A DNA stretch of 64,000 nucleotides, from positions 379,259 to 443,258 of the forward strand of contig CAVNZM010000013.1 of the NCBI GenBank assembly GCA_963693365.1, given 5' to 3'. The translations under genes and the position numbers were made by a program. Each line of letters opens with the position of its first letter. Within the stretch, counting starts at the first letter, position 1. Below the pieces are notes generated by a model, which searched no databases, was not told the origin of the DNA, and saw nothing but the letters and a program-made list of their open reading frames with translations. Shown in pieces: positions 1-13,020 of this stretch. Origin of the DNA: Amoebidium appalachense (Eukaryota; Protista; Ichthyosporea).

Positions 1-42
1 GTGTTCCGCATTCAACCCCCCCCCCCCCCCCCCCCCCCCCCC
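1..42 (+). mobile_element. 3' end of C-run-associated intronic element (truncated by window edge)
   Basis: gtgttccgcattcaa followed by poly-C is the reverse complement of the element end at 3714-3728 and 6085-6099. Confidence 0.6.
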
Positions 43-188
43 TTGAGGCCTCATGTGTGGACCAGTTGGGTGCTTTTTTCTTTTGCTCTTGGTTTTGTTA
101 GCATTTAATAGACAATGGCATGGCCTGTGTGAATGGGGTTTTTGTCTGTGTGTGTGTTTGTGTGTGCTGACTGGCACCTTTCCTCTAG

Positions 189-289
189 AGCCCAACAACA
201 ACAGCCCGCTCAACCCCCATGCTGCCCAGCTATGGGACAACCAAGCAGGTATCAAACAGCCCCCTCCCCCCCCCCCCCCCCCCCCCCCC

Positions 290-324
<35 letters not shown>

Positions 325-544
325 TAGGGGGGTGCGACACATGCGCACGCACACGGATGCACAAAAAAACAGCGCTGGCCAACACATTGCGCACTCCCTG
401 TGGCTTTGCTTTTTTTTCCTAGTTTTCTTTTTTTCTTGTAGGGGACCCTCCGGGGGGGGGGGGGGGGGGGGGGGCTCGCTTTTGCATTTCTCACATACCC
501 CACCAAACACCTTCTCGAAAAGCAGAGGGCATTTGTTCCTCCCC

Positions 545-598
<54 letters not shown>

Positions 599-898
599 AC
601 GCACACACAGTGACCCCAAAACAACAACAAACTTTCGTTGCTTTAGGCTGTGTTGAAACACTTATGTTGTTTCTACGAAGGTTCCACGTACTAATAGTAT
701 ACACATTCTTTTCTAATAGCACATAGTGTGACCAACCTTACGATCACACCTGCTGTACAGACCTTCATATCCTCAGGGCCTCGTGCATATGGCAATGTTT
801 TCTTGGGCTCGTGTGTGTGTGTGTGTGCGTGCGTGCGTGTGTGCGTGCGTGCGTGCGTGTGCGCGCACGCGCGTGTGTTGCCCTTTGTCTTTTGTCTT

Positions 899-929
<31 letters not shown>

Positions 930-1010
930 AGTCCTGACATAATGGCCCATGCAGAGTTCCGAAGGGTTGTGGCACGGCGATATGAAGAGGCTAAGAACAA
1001 GTCTGCATGA
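189..1010 (+). CDS. UBE2C: Ubiquitin-conjugating enzyme E2-C (UbcH10/Ubc11-type), last two exons; gene begins upstream of the window
   Basis: Exons 189-248 and 955-1010 join in phase 1 (GT-AG) to give EPNNNSPLNPHAAQLWDNQAEFRRVVARRYEEAKNKSA*. This matches the E2-C C-terminal motif EPNxxSPLNxxAAxLW. Confidence 0.85.
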
Positions 1011-1321
1011 GTACTTCAAAGTATCGAGCCCAGCCTAGTTTCGAATGACTAGAGGTTTCTTTTTTTTTCTTCTTCTTCTCATGTTGTACAAGTATGATGC
1101 TTGCAGCATACCAGCATAGACATCCCTAGTCATTTGAATGTTGAAAAACCTATTGCAAGCTGTCAAGAGAGCATATACGTTCAATGTTTGAGCGGTTTAT
1201 AATTTGATCAAGGGATAAGGTGGGAGGGTATGGGTGCCTTTGGGCAGTAGTTTGCCCACATGCACAGCATATACTTCTGAATCTTTGGTTTGAAATCGTC
1301 TCTGTTTCTTTGTGCGTAGTT

Positions 1322-1699
1322 CTACCGTGAGCTTAATTTGTACATTAGAAATGGTATGGCGACTGCTTTTGGATCAAAGCGGCTGCCTGGGAGTCCGTGG
1401 GTAATAAAGTACACTCCAATGAAAAGGAGCAGTGTGGCCACCATTTCAGGTGTTCCTGCTAAAAAGGAATTCGAAGAGGGGCAAAAAAAAAAAAAAGACC
1501 GTGTCAGACAGCTATCACACTGCTTGTCCTCCCCCCACTGGGACCCATCCCAACTGCAGGCACACACACATACACACACACACACACACCGAGGATCCGG
1601 ATGGGTGCGCATGCATCTACCTAGCGCGTGTTTCTCACGGTGTAGTTCGAACTGCCAAACTTCGTGCCTTGCCCCGTGGATTATAATGCTAATCATCAT
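1322..1699 (-). CDS. Putative small two-exon protein (~70 aa) with one hydrophobic segment
   Basis: Exon 1699-1621 (MMISIIIHGARHEVWQFELHREKHAL) and exon 1455-1322 (GTPEMVATLLLFIGVYFITHGL...). They are joined by a 165-nt GT-AG intron containing (GT)n, a CTGAC branch-like motif and a T-run. No homology recognised. Confidence 0.3.
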   Translation of the reverse strand: MMISIIIHGARHEVWQFELHREKHALGRCMRTHPDPRCVCVCVCVCACSWDGSQWGEDKQCDSCLTRSFFFFCPSSNSFLAGTPEMVATLLLFIGVYFITHGLPGSRFDPKAVAIPFLMYKLSSR

Positions 1700-2760
1700 G
1701 GGGCCATCACATACATTATCAATTTACCCCCGCGGGCCCGAGGCATTTTCACCCGGGCCCGGGGAGAGAGCTCGGGGGGAAGGGGTCTATCGCAATGGGA
1801 GTCTAACACAAGAAATGTATCATACTGCAGGTTTTAATGAAGATCTTATCGATCATATGGGCATTGACGAAGCTTAAGAGAATATTTATATAGACACTCG
1901 AGCTCGAGCTTATGGTAACAGCCGAATGCATAATATGTTTGTTGTATGTGACACGTGTGCCTAGTTGGTAGTACATTTTCACGAAATGCGCGTGACGTTT
2001 TACTGAACTCGCATGCATATTCACAGTACATTTTCACGAACACAAGTGACATTTTGCCACACTCGCATGCGCATGCACTACTGTACATATGTACTGTATG
2101 TATACGCACGCAGTACACACGTAAAGCCGGTTCATCTGTGCATCTGCGCAATCACATTTATACTACGGTAGGCCTACTGTGGCCTGTAACCGTATACGTA
2201 AAGCGATAAATTCAAAAAAAGAAATTATACGAGAAGCTATTTCGATGATCATGATCACGGACTTGTCCCACACACACCACAGGATCTTCTTTGTCTAACG
2301 CATTAAAACAATCAAATACAATCAAAGAACTCTACGAATGAACGTCGCCACCGACACATACAGTATACTTCTCCACATGTCAATATATATTTCACCATTG
2401 TATTGAAATTTCGACTACGGAATCATCACCATGCATTGTATTAAGTTTCGACTATCGCAATGTGTCGTGAATATCTTCAATGGGTCACTGTAATTGGTTT
2501 GATATACGGTGATACTGTGCACGTTAACATATCAAAAAACTAAAAAAAAAATCAGAACGAGCCAAATAAACATGCCTAACGTCTCGCCATAATGTAACAC
2601 CACCCCCCCCCCCCCCCCCTCTCCCCCCCCCCCCCCCACCCCCCACCCCCACCCCCCCCCTCTCCCTCCCCCCTCTAGTTTTGCATTGCAAAATCAGAAC
2701 AAGTTTATCCCACGACTTAGCCACCGCCACACATACCTACTTCCCACACACTATTAATGA

Positions 2761-3674
2761 CTATTTGCCCCAAACATATGTTGCAGACCTCCCATCCCTC
2801 GAAACATTCACCGCCTTTACGCTTCCGAGGTACTTCAGGAAGCTACCGATCATCCCCTTCAGCACGCGCCCCTCCAATGTACTCAGCCGCCCGCACATTT
2901 CCTCTTTCATTCCATCCCCGTCCTTTCTGTAAGACAGTATAGAAACTGTCTCCGTCTGAACCAGCTCTACCCAAACCAGCTGCCCACTCCGCGCAAACAA
3001 AACGAAATCGTTAAACGGCTCTTCCTCCCACTCCACCTCCGACCCCATCCCCCTCCCCTCGTTCCTATCCACCCACACCACCTCGTTCGTGTTCACGTTT
3101 CGTTTCTCCCACACGGTCAACCCGGTTGCGTTTCTGGCCATCGCCCACGCTTGCAAGTACCCGAAAATCCTAGTTTCTCCGCACATGTTATCCATCGGTT
3201 CGGTTTCCGACCCCGGCCCGGGGACCCTCACACACTTCACTTTGGGCGCGTCGGTGTCATTTCCTTTTACGGAAAACTCGGCGTACCAGAACCTCCCCTG
3301 CTCCTCGGATTTTGAACTACTGTTATTTTTAACGGTGGATTTCAGTTGGTCGCCGCTTTCCTCCATTAAAACTGGCACCCACGCGTAGTACTCTGCCCAC
3401 GCGACCTTTCCAATGCGCACGTGCCAAAGGAATCTCTCGAATTCGTTACACTCCTCCGCCGGTTCGCACCGGAAAACTCTGGCCCATTCCGCCGCCGTCT
3501 TTGGTGCGCACGTGGTTGCTTGGGGTGTGGCCTGCCATGTGCTGGCGAAAGCTGGCTCGACCCCCGTCAGTGGTATCTCCTTCATTATGCCCGTAATGGT
3601 GCGGAGCCCTTTTTCCACCTGAAAAAAGTGGGGATGTCAGTGTGTATAAACGAAAACTCCTTTTTTTTTTTTTT

Positions 3675-3705
<31 letters not shown>

Positions 3706-4653
3706 GGGGGGGATTGAATGCGGAACACGTCCAAAGTACACATACACGATAAGAAGAATGGTGCAGGACACGTGCAAAGCCAAACATTCAAGTACGCAAC
3801 AGCAGCAATGCGCACAGTGTGCGTCATAAGCAGAGCCCATCCTCCGGAAGGGCCCAAGTCGTGGGGAGGAACACAAACATACCGCAGGGCGCAAAGGTCT
3901 TGACAGCATCAGTCTGTGCATGCGCCCCTCTCCAGGTTTCTCTGCACTGCACGACACAACGTAATAGACCCACTTGTTGGGGTAGAGGGCTAGGCGCTGC
4001 ACAAACACAGGCTCGTGGCCGACTGATTGGACAGGGCCGTTTTCGGACAGAAAATCGCGAACAAGGTCGAGTTCTTGGGTGGGTTCGGGCTCGGTTGTGC
4101 TGAGAGTGGTGGTTGCAAGAGAAGATCTGGATGGTTTAATGGGGGGAGGGGGATTCTTTGTGTAGGTGGCGGTGGTGTGTGTGTGTGTATCTGGTGGTGA
4201 TATTGGGTGTGTGTGTGTTGGGGGGGGGGGGGGGGGGGGGGGGAGGGGGGGAGGGGATGGATGAGGGGGGGGGGGGGGGGGGGGTCCGGAGGGATGTATT
4301 AGAGGGGGGGGGGGGGGGGGGTAGGATGTGTTGCAGAGGACACCAAATACACATGCTTGGCGGAAAACAGAAGAGGGGGAGGGAGGAGGGGGAGGGAGGA
4401 GGAGGGGGGGGGGGGGGGGGGGGGGGGGGGAAGCTTGCTTTCGGAGAGAAAAGCAATAGATGGTTAATGTGGGTTGGGTAGGTGCTCGTAGTGCCAAAAA
4501 GGCAAGTGGCTAACCAACACATCCACCCGCCAACCAATACTACCACACCCACACACGATCAAGTACATCTACCCCCCCCCCCCCCCCCCCCCCCTCAGCC
4601 TCCTCCGGGCACACACACACAACACACACCAACTTACCCCCGAACACACCAAC

Positions 4654-4688
<35 letters not shown>

Positions 4689-4852
4689 CCATCACAACTA
4701 CCACCACATGCACCCACACACACAAACGCGTGTAACCACCAACCTTACCAGAGACACACCCCACCCCCACCCCCACCCCCACCCACCCTCAACCGAACCC
4801 ACCCTGCCTCCTACCTTGCTGAGGTAGTGTGTGCCCCAGCTGCCTGTGCCCT

Positions 4853-4901
<49 letters not shown>

Positions 4902-5128
4902 AAAAAAGAAAGTAAAAAAAAAGGACAACCACCACCACGAAGAAAATAAAAACTAAAACAACAATAATAACAACACCAGCAATAAAGAAAGACACAAATA
5001 ATAATAATTACAATAATAACAACAATAATAATAAAAAATAAACAAATAAATAATAAACGAATGAATTACCCACCCACCTGGCCACTATGGTGTTTGCACC
5101 AGCAGCAGCCTGGCTCCTAGCTGCCCCC

Positions 5129-5159
<31 letters not shown>

Positions 5160-5514
5160 ACACCACCACCACCACCAACAATAAATCCTTCGGGGAAAAA
5201 GAAAAAAAAACAATCTTGCCATTATGGTGTTTTGCCCAACAGCAGTCTGCCTCCTGTCATATGAGCTTCAGGCGGTGATTCATAAAATACTAAATAAAAA
5301 CAAACAAACAAACAAACAAACAAATTAAAACCCACCTTGCCACTATGGTGTTTTGCCCAGCAGTCTGTCTCTTAGAGGCGGGCAGTGACCCCACCAGTAA
5401 TTCCAGCTGTCTCAGCCGCTGCTCCAAAAGGTCCATCCCCTCAACACGCACCTTCAGTGCATCTACCTCCTGTGTGTGTGTGTGGGTGTGTGTGGGTGGG
5501 TGTGTTTGGGTGGG

Positions 5515-5549
<35 letters not shown>

Positions 5550-5851
5550 GAGGTGGGGGGAGGTTGGATGTGTGTGTGTGTGTGTGTGTTGGGTGGGGGT
5601 GGGATGGTGTGTGTGTGTGTGTGTGTTGGGTGGGGGTGGGATGGTGTGTGTGTGTGTGTGTGTTGGGTGGGGGTGGGATGGTGTGTGTGTGTGTGTGTGT
5701 TGGGTGGGGGTGGGTATAGTGGGTGTGGGTGTGTGTGTGTGTGTGTTGGGGGGGGGGAGGGGGGGGGGTTGTTAGTTTGAATTGGGGTTGGGGGGTTAGG
5801 GGGTTGGGGAGAGGGCCGGGGATGGGGGAGGGGGTCGTATGTTTGTGTGTG

Positions 5852-5911
<60 letters not shown>

Positions 5912-6202
5912 GTGGGGGGGGGGGGGGGGGGGGGGGGGGGGATTGTGTGTGCGTGTGTTGGGTGGGGGTGGCGGTGTGAGGGGAGGGGGGGGGGGGGGGG
6001 GGGGGGGGAGGGGAGGATTGTGTGTGTGTGCGTATGTGTGTGTGTGTGTGGAGGGGGGGCATGGCGTCTGGATGGGGGGGGGGTTTGAATGCGGAACACG
6101 GTACGAAGTACGCATACACGACGAGAAGCATGGTGCAGGACACATGCAAAGGCAAACATTCAAGTATGCAACATCAGCCATGTGCACAGTATGCGTCATA
6201 AG

Positions 6203-6235
<33 letters not shown>

Positions 6236-6412
6236 ATAGTCTGGGGGTGGTGCATCGGTGGATGTGTGAGTTTGTGTGTGTTGTGAAGGGTTGTGCAGGA
6301 GTGGGTGTGGGTGTGAGTGGTGTGATGAAGAACAATTTGCCTGCGTGAGTGGGAGTGTTGTACTTTTATCATAAAGTGTGCGATGGGCCACCAGGGGGGG
6401 TGGGCGCGGATT

Positions 6413-6462
<50 letters not shown>

Positions 6463-7070
6463 TGTGTGTTTGTGTGGTGGGTGGGTGGGTGGTTGGGGGG
6501 AGGGGGTTGTGTGTTGTGTGGGAGAAGAATATGGCGAATATCATAATATATAGGTGCACACCAATCAAGGTCATGATGGAGACATGCAAAAAAGAACAAC
6601 ACAGAGAACACGCAAACAAAAAAAGTGTCCATCGTCCCGAGGCAAAGGGCAAGCGGGTCGGGGGGAAGGGGGGAGGGGCATGCAGAGTTTGCAAAACCCA
6701 CATAAAGGGGGGAAGGGAGGGGGGTGAGCGGGGTGAGGGGGGGGGGGGGGGGGGGGGATAGGAGTGAGGTGATAAGTTCAGCTGTCTTTGGTAGGTGATA
6801 TTGCAAGGCCGGAAAGTTACAAGGGCAACAACAGGGCCTCCCCCCCCCCCCTCCCCCCCGCCCGGGGTCATGCATGACCAACAACCATTCCGAAATGTTA
6901 AGAATGAAAAAACAAAACAAGGGAATTTCAAAGGAATGAGGCACGCTATGAGCCCGGGGTAATCAAGGGGTCGTATCATGTGCACGTGCGTGAGCCCCCT
7001 TTTCCTTTCCACCGAGGAGGGGAGATGTGGGAAGAGGGGAGGGCCGGAAGAAGGGGGGGGGGGTGGGGGT

Positions 7071-7115
<45 letters not shown>

Positions 7116-7251
7116 AGGGGCAGGAGACGGTATGGACAAGGCGATTTAGAATTTTACAAAGGGACCACGTATCACGGGCAGGTAGGATAAAGTCGGGGAA
7201 CAAAGTTGTGTGTCAGGGGAAGGGCAGTCACACGGGTGGTGGGGGTTGTGT

Positions 7252-7282
<31 letters not shown>

Positions 7283-7623
7283 GGGGGGGGAGGGGGAAGG
7301 GGTTGTGTTCAAGTAGGGATAAACTGGGGGTAAACTGGAGGTAGAATAGGGTAAAGTGGGGTAAAGTCGGGCAAAACAAGGTATTAACTGTACCTGCTGC
7401 AAGGAGTTTGCCACGTCCTTCCACCGATTGGCCTCCTCCGTCAGCTCCTTCCTCAACGACTCAATGTCTGTGTGGCTGGGCCCCACATGATAATCCTCCC
7501 TGTTCAAAGAACTCAGTCAATATTTTCTTCGTTATAAAACACCATCACCACAATACAACCCCTTCCCCCCGCCCCCAAACCCCTACGGCAATCGTTCGAA
7601 CGACGTGTAGTCTCTCTCCCTCC

Positions 7624-7696
<73 letters not shown>

Positions 7697-7866
7697 TCTG
7701 TCTCCCCCCCTCCCCCCACCCCCCCTCTCCCCTCCCCCCAAACACACACACCTGTGCAACACACACGAGAAAGGAGAGGGAGGGAGAGCGAGGGCTGGCA
7801 GGAGAGAAAGACCTTCCAATTCTACATTCTGTTACAGGATCACAAGGCGCATGCACGTGGAGGTGT

Positions 7867-7897
<31 letters not shown>

Positions 7898-8018
7898 GGG
7901 GGGAGGGGGAGGGATGGGTCAGAAAGAGGAAGAGAGGGAGGGAGGGAGCAATAGAAGAAGAGAAAAAGAGTGGGGAGCACACGGGCACACAAACAAAGAG
8001 CGAGGGGGCTTGAGTACA

Positions 8019-8056
<38 letters not shown>

Positions 8057-9941
8057 AGGGGAAGGGCAGGGTGTGTGTGTGTGGTAGTGGTGGGGGTGGT
8101 GGTGGTGGTGTTGGTGGTGGTGGTGGTGGGGGGGGGGGGGGGGGGGGGGGGGAGGGGGGGAAGGGGGGAGAGAAAGAGAGTGCGAGAGAGTGCGAAAGAG
8201 GGAGAGAAAAAGAGGGAGAGAGGGAGGGAGGGAGGGGGGAGGGAGAGAAGGAGAGCAAGAGGGGGGAGATGGGGAGGAAGCCAAAGAGCGGAGGCGGGTG
8301 GGGGGGGGGGGGGGGGGAGGGGGAGGGGGAGGAGAGAGAGAGAGAGAACGAGTGACATAGGGAGGGAAGGAGGCGGCCGGTGGGGGGGGAGGGGGGGGGG
8401 AAGGGGGGAGGGGAGCACACGGGAGATAAGATGGGAAGGGAGAGAAGGGTAGAGACGGGGAGGGAGGGAGGGGAGGGAGTGAGAGAGAGATAAAGGAGAA
8501 CAGAGAGAGAGAGAAAGAGAAGGAAAGAGGGGGCGGAGGGTGGGAAAGAGAGGGGGGTGGAGAGAGATAGAGAGATAGAGAGAGAGGCAGGGAGAGAGAT
8601 AGTGGGGGGGAGGGAGGGAGGGAGGGAGGGAGGGAGGGAGCAGGAAGGGGGGGGAGACGGGGGGGGGGGGGGGAGAGAGAGAGAGAGAGAGAGACAAAGA
8701 GGGAGGGAGGGAAAGAAAAGGAGAGAAAGAGGGGAGGGGGGGAGAGAAACACGTGCCACGGCCACATACCCCTCTCCATACTCGTCATACTGGTCGTGGT
8801 CGTAATACTCATCCTCGTCGTGGTAGTACCCCTCATCCCCAGACCCATCAACATCCACCTCTCCATCATAGTCGTTGTTACCTGTGTAGCCCCCATTCCC
8901 CCCACCTCCCATACCACTCTTGAGTGGAATGGTCCTTGCTGTGTGAGCATTTGCGAGATCCGCTGGGCTAATGTCGAATTTCAACGGTGCCTGGTTGCTA
9001 AACCCCCCCATGTTTTGATTCCCAGCTGGGGGGGTTTGTTGGTTGGCGAACGCGCTTTGCATCCCACCCCCCCCACCCATTTGTGCAGTGGGCCCCTGCC
9101 CCGGCAAAAACGACTGCGCTGGAAACATGGGGCGAGCAGATGGATTCGGCTGGTTGACAACCTGTGGTGATGGAAGCAGAGGCCCACGTGGGCCGCCAGG
9201 TGGTTGGAACTGCATAAAGGGCATCGATGGCCGCGGGGGCCCACCAAAAGGGCCGGCCTGCCCACCCATGGGTGGTGCGAACGCAGATGATGTTGGTCCC
9301 CCCACGTTGGGATTCATCTGCACCGGGGGGATGGAAGGTGATGCTTGCTGTTCGGGCACACGTGGGCCGAGACGGGACATGACATCAGAAAAAGGAGCTT
9401 GGACACCACCCCTGCTACCACTGGGCTGTTCTTGCGTGTTTGGGCTTGGGGTCGGGGGCTTGATGAAAGCTGACATTGCGTTTGCTGCGTTGAAAGGCGG
9501 TTGGGTGGACGGGGCGGGAGATGGTGCAAACGGACGTCCAAAAGCAGAATCGGGGGCACGTGCGGCAAAAGCCGACGTCTGGCCACCCGCTGAAAAACCC
9601 CCGGGGACTGAAAATGCCGACTGGGGAGCAGGTGGTTGGCCAAAAAGCCCACCACCCTGTCCTGGTTGTGCTGGCATCTTGGCACCGAATGGAACCCCCC
9701 CAAAAGCGCTCCCTGTCCCCGGCTGGCCCCCTGCAAGCGGGGTGCCGGGTGCGGGTGGCCCGCCAAAAAGGGACGTCGTAGGTGCAGTGGCTGTTGTTGT
9801 GGGGGCGCCAAAGAGGGAGGGAGGAGGCTGTGTGCTTGTTTGTGGGTTGGGGTTGCCGAAAAGGGGTACGTTTGGTTTGCTAGCCTGACCAAATGGCTGG
9901 GCGGGAGTGCCCCCGAAGAGAGGCATGCCAGCTTGCGCCAT
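2761..9941 (-). CDS. FG-repeat (nucleoporin-like N-terminus) protein with acidic linker, coiled coil and unrecognised C-terminal domain
   Basis: Phase-consistent GT-AG exons: 9941-8770, 7499-7394, 5469-5336, optional 5116-5078 and 4850-4815, 4126-3883, 3618-2761. About ten FG motifs (SLFG, GLFG, AFGG) in a P/G/Q-rich region, then a D/E/Y tract, then heptads [47 protein letters not shown]. Confidence 0.8.
3711..3851 (-). mobile_element. C-run-associated intronic dispersed element, copy
   Basis: Aligns with 6082-6204, 18571-18662, 44578-44680 and 52892-53006. Shared + strand blocks: GAATG, TACGAAGTAC-like, GTGCAAA, TAAGCA, GCCCATCCTCCGGAAGG. Confidence 0.7.
6082..6204 (-). mobile_element. C-run-associated intronic dispersed element, copy
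   Basis: Nearly colinear, highly similar match to 3711-3832; G-runs on both sides on the + strand. Confidence 0.7.
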
Positions 9942-10952
9942 GTTTGTGTTGTTTACAATAGCGATGGCAGCTGGGTGTTCTTATTCAGGGTGTGTTGTGT
10001 AAAAGAGTGCATGAGTTGGCCTATGGAAACCAGAACAAAGTGTCAAGGCCTTTGGGCCGAATCAAAAAATCCCGTACCAGGGAACAAAAGCTACCAAAAC
10101 TAACAGATTAGGCAAGCGTTGTGTCGTGTATAGGTAGAACTGAAACGTGAACACGCCTAATTTTTGTCCATTTCCCACTATCATGTTCCTGGGCCGCACT
10201 TGAAGCGCACTCCGGACAAAGAAGGATTCCGAATCACATGAGCATTTCGAATCACAACTCTCTACCCGATCGAATGTAATGACCCGGTTTTTATTGCGAA
10301 CCCAGCAAAACTATAAAATATATACATAGGCCAAACGAGCTAAGAAAATTTAACCAAAAGTTCACTATAATTTGGTGTTTTATTGGCTTCAAAACTATTC
10401 AAAAACGTGTTTCAGAGGACCTACAGAGCTTCCTTAGTTAGGCTCAGAGTTCGATGTAATGTGATCAATTGTCCGAATCGGTTCGCATTGGTTTGAACCG
10501 CTCGAGGTGTAACCGATGGCGGCACATTCAAAAATTTGGAGCCACCCAACAAGCCACCTGTAATACGCGCCCTCTGAACAGACGGGCCCGTGCCCGTACG
10601 GTCTGTCTGTCACCGTGCAGGCACATTCAGGAAGTTAGGTCTATGATAGTGCTTGTGACATGGTTGCACATAGGAAGGGATATTCTCAAGGATTTGTGCC
10701 TTTGCCATGCGCGTGCCTAGCCAAGCGAAACTTAAACTATTTGCCTGCTCGTTTTCCCTGGGGCCCTTTTTTCAGTTTATAGACACACAGACTCAACTCC
10801 GAGATTCGTAGCTTGGGTGAGTTTGTAGAACTAGCATCACTAAGAAAGGGCGTGAAATATGTTGTATATTGTAGATCCAGGAGCTTAGTTATGCTTCTGC
10901 TTAATTGTTAATCTGCTTGTCGTTCGACCAAACCAAGCCGTGTCCGAGGAGA

Positions 10953-11910
10953 ATGGCGACTAAGTTGCTTGTTTTGAAAGATCCAGATCCACTACCTAGT
11001 CTTGACATGCTTACAGATGATGAGCTGAGAAGAATTTTCTCTTATCTAACACTGAAAGATCGTGTTAATCTTTCCCTTGTCTCCCGTCGCTTCTGCTGTT
11101 TGACACGGTCTCCGCATGTGGGCCGCATCCCAAAAGTGAACGTGTGTGTTGTTTTTTTTTGCTTTCCAAGCATCAAGCCAGAAAATAAACGTTTATTTTT
11201 TTGTATTGTTTTATGTGACGACACCTGGCTGATGCATGGTGGCTTTTTCCTTTTGTTGTTGTTGTCTTGAATGCTTACAATTGCTGATCACTCTATTCTC
11301 ACTGTTCGTGGCATCGCTGTGAATCCTTTGCTTCCCTCCCTTCCCCAACTTCCAGAACTATATAGCTTTTGGATCATGGTAGTGAGTTCGGCATGATTTT
11401 CTTTGCTTTCCTCTACTGCGCTGTATTTTCAGAACCTTGCTCAGCCACTTGCTATTCCTCGACTTGCACCCACGTTCTAGCTGCTTAGAGATAGAAATAA
11501 TTCGGTGCTTCCCAACGACCACATAAATTATGTCAAGAGTCTACCCTGCGGCAATACCATAAGTTTTTGACACCTTGTCCTTGGTTTCCAGATATGTAAT
11601 TATGTAGACACGCACATTATCTTGTCAAGTTGTTCTTGTTGATTCTTTTGCAATTAATTAAACTTTTGAAGCTTGTTCTCACAAATTGTTAAGTTGTGCA
11701 ACCTTTATAGAAAGTGATTGAGTTTGCTCAGAAACTTTAGCTTGGTTTTGCGATAGAGATGAATCAGAGGCTCAGGGTGAATAACAAAAAGTTTAACGTC
11801 TGTGGACACAGAGTGAACGGGAGGTGAATAGGGTTGGGAAGGTGCCAAGATAGTTTTCAAAGATTTTGAGCTAGGCTGTACTGGGAGATTGGGTTTGTTT
11901 GCGTTTCTGT

Positions 11911-11941
<31 letters not shown>

Positions 11942-12912
11942 GTGTGTATGTAGGGCGGGGGGGGGGGGGGGGGGGGGGGGAGTTCTTTGTGCAACAATAG
12001 GGAATGACTTGGAACTCTCTAACTAGCTCTTAACTTTGAGAATCAACTCGCTAGGCGACTTGACAAGGGGAAACTCATATTAGAAAATTTGCCGGCCTGC
12101 GTGACTGTGTATTTAAGGTTGAGAATGGCTCGGTAGGAGAGGGGAAAAGGTGAGGGAGGGTCGGGGGGAGGGGGGGGGGAGAAGGGGAGCTTATTCGGGG
12201 TTTGACCAAGCGAAAAGCCTGATTTCTTGTCAACCATTCCTTTTCGGTGCTTAATTTGGTTTCGGTTGTGTTTTTCTTATTTGGCTCCTGATATCACCTA
12301 TGCAGATAATTGGGGAGATTTTCAGGTTCTCTTTGACATTTTCTTGTCATCGTTTTCTTCTTGTTGCAGGTGTTTCTTGTCTTTTATTGACGCTGGTTTG
12401 TGTAACCCACCAGATCACCAATGCCAGAACAGATCTTATTGGCACGCTCGCAGCGTGGGGCCCAGCCACATCCGAACTTGTCGTTAGCATACACCACCGC
12501 TCCCGAGACACTTGGTCGCGCAAATTTGCCTTTTTCGAAGCAGTCGCAACACAACGATGGAAGGTGAAAACAATAACGCTGGACCTGTGTGACTGCACGG
12601 AGACAGACATTTCCTACATTTGGTCCATCCTCCCCTCCGTTTGCGCAAAATGTAACGCTCTCTCATTGGTCTACCCACTGGAAATTGAACCCCCTCCAGC
12701 CCTGCAACTAATCAAAGAGACCATCCAGAAACTTGAGAATAATGTCGGTGCGCTGTTGATGACGTCGTTTCCTGATTATGAGGGGTGGGATGAGCGGACA
12801 CTGTGCAGTGTGGGAGGGGTAGAGGAGATTAGTGTCACCTTCTGGTTCCCTCGGACTGTTCGGGTAAGTCATCTTTTTCCCCTTGGTTTGTTTGTGGTCA
12901 GTGTGCCCCCCT

Positions 12913-12943
<31 letters not shown>

Positions 12944-12989
12944 CTCTCTCTCTCCCCCCTCCCCCCTCCTTCCCCCCCCCCCCCCCCCA

Positions 12990-13020
<31 letters not shown>

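Noticed and set aside
1700-2520. Possible DNA-transposon relic (GC hairpin at 1727-1764; short HDHGL-containing frame)
   Set aside because: No paired termini, target-site duplication or sustained reading frame could be established.
3711-3851. Intronic snoRNA interpretation of the dispersed element
   Set aside because: No convincing C/D boxes or H/ACA architecture across the copies; kept only as a generic RNA-module hypothesis.
9043-9888. 281-aa + strand ORF
   Set aside because: Antisense shadow of the GC-rich FG-repeat exon.
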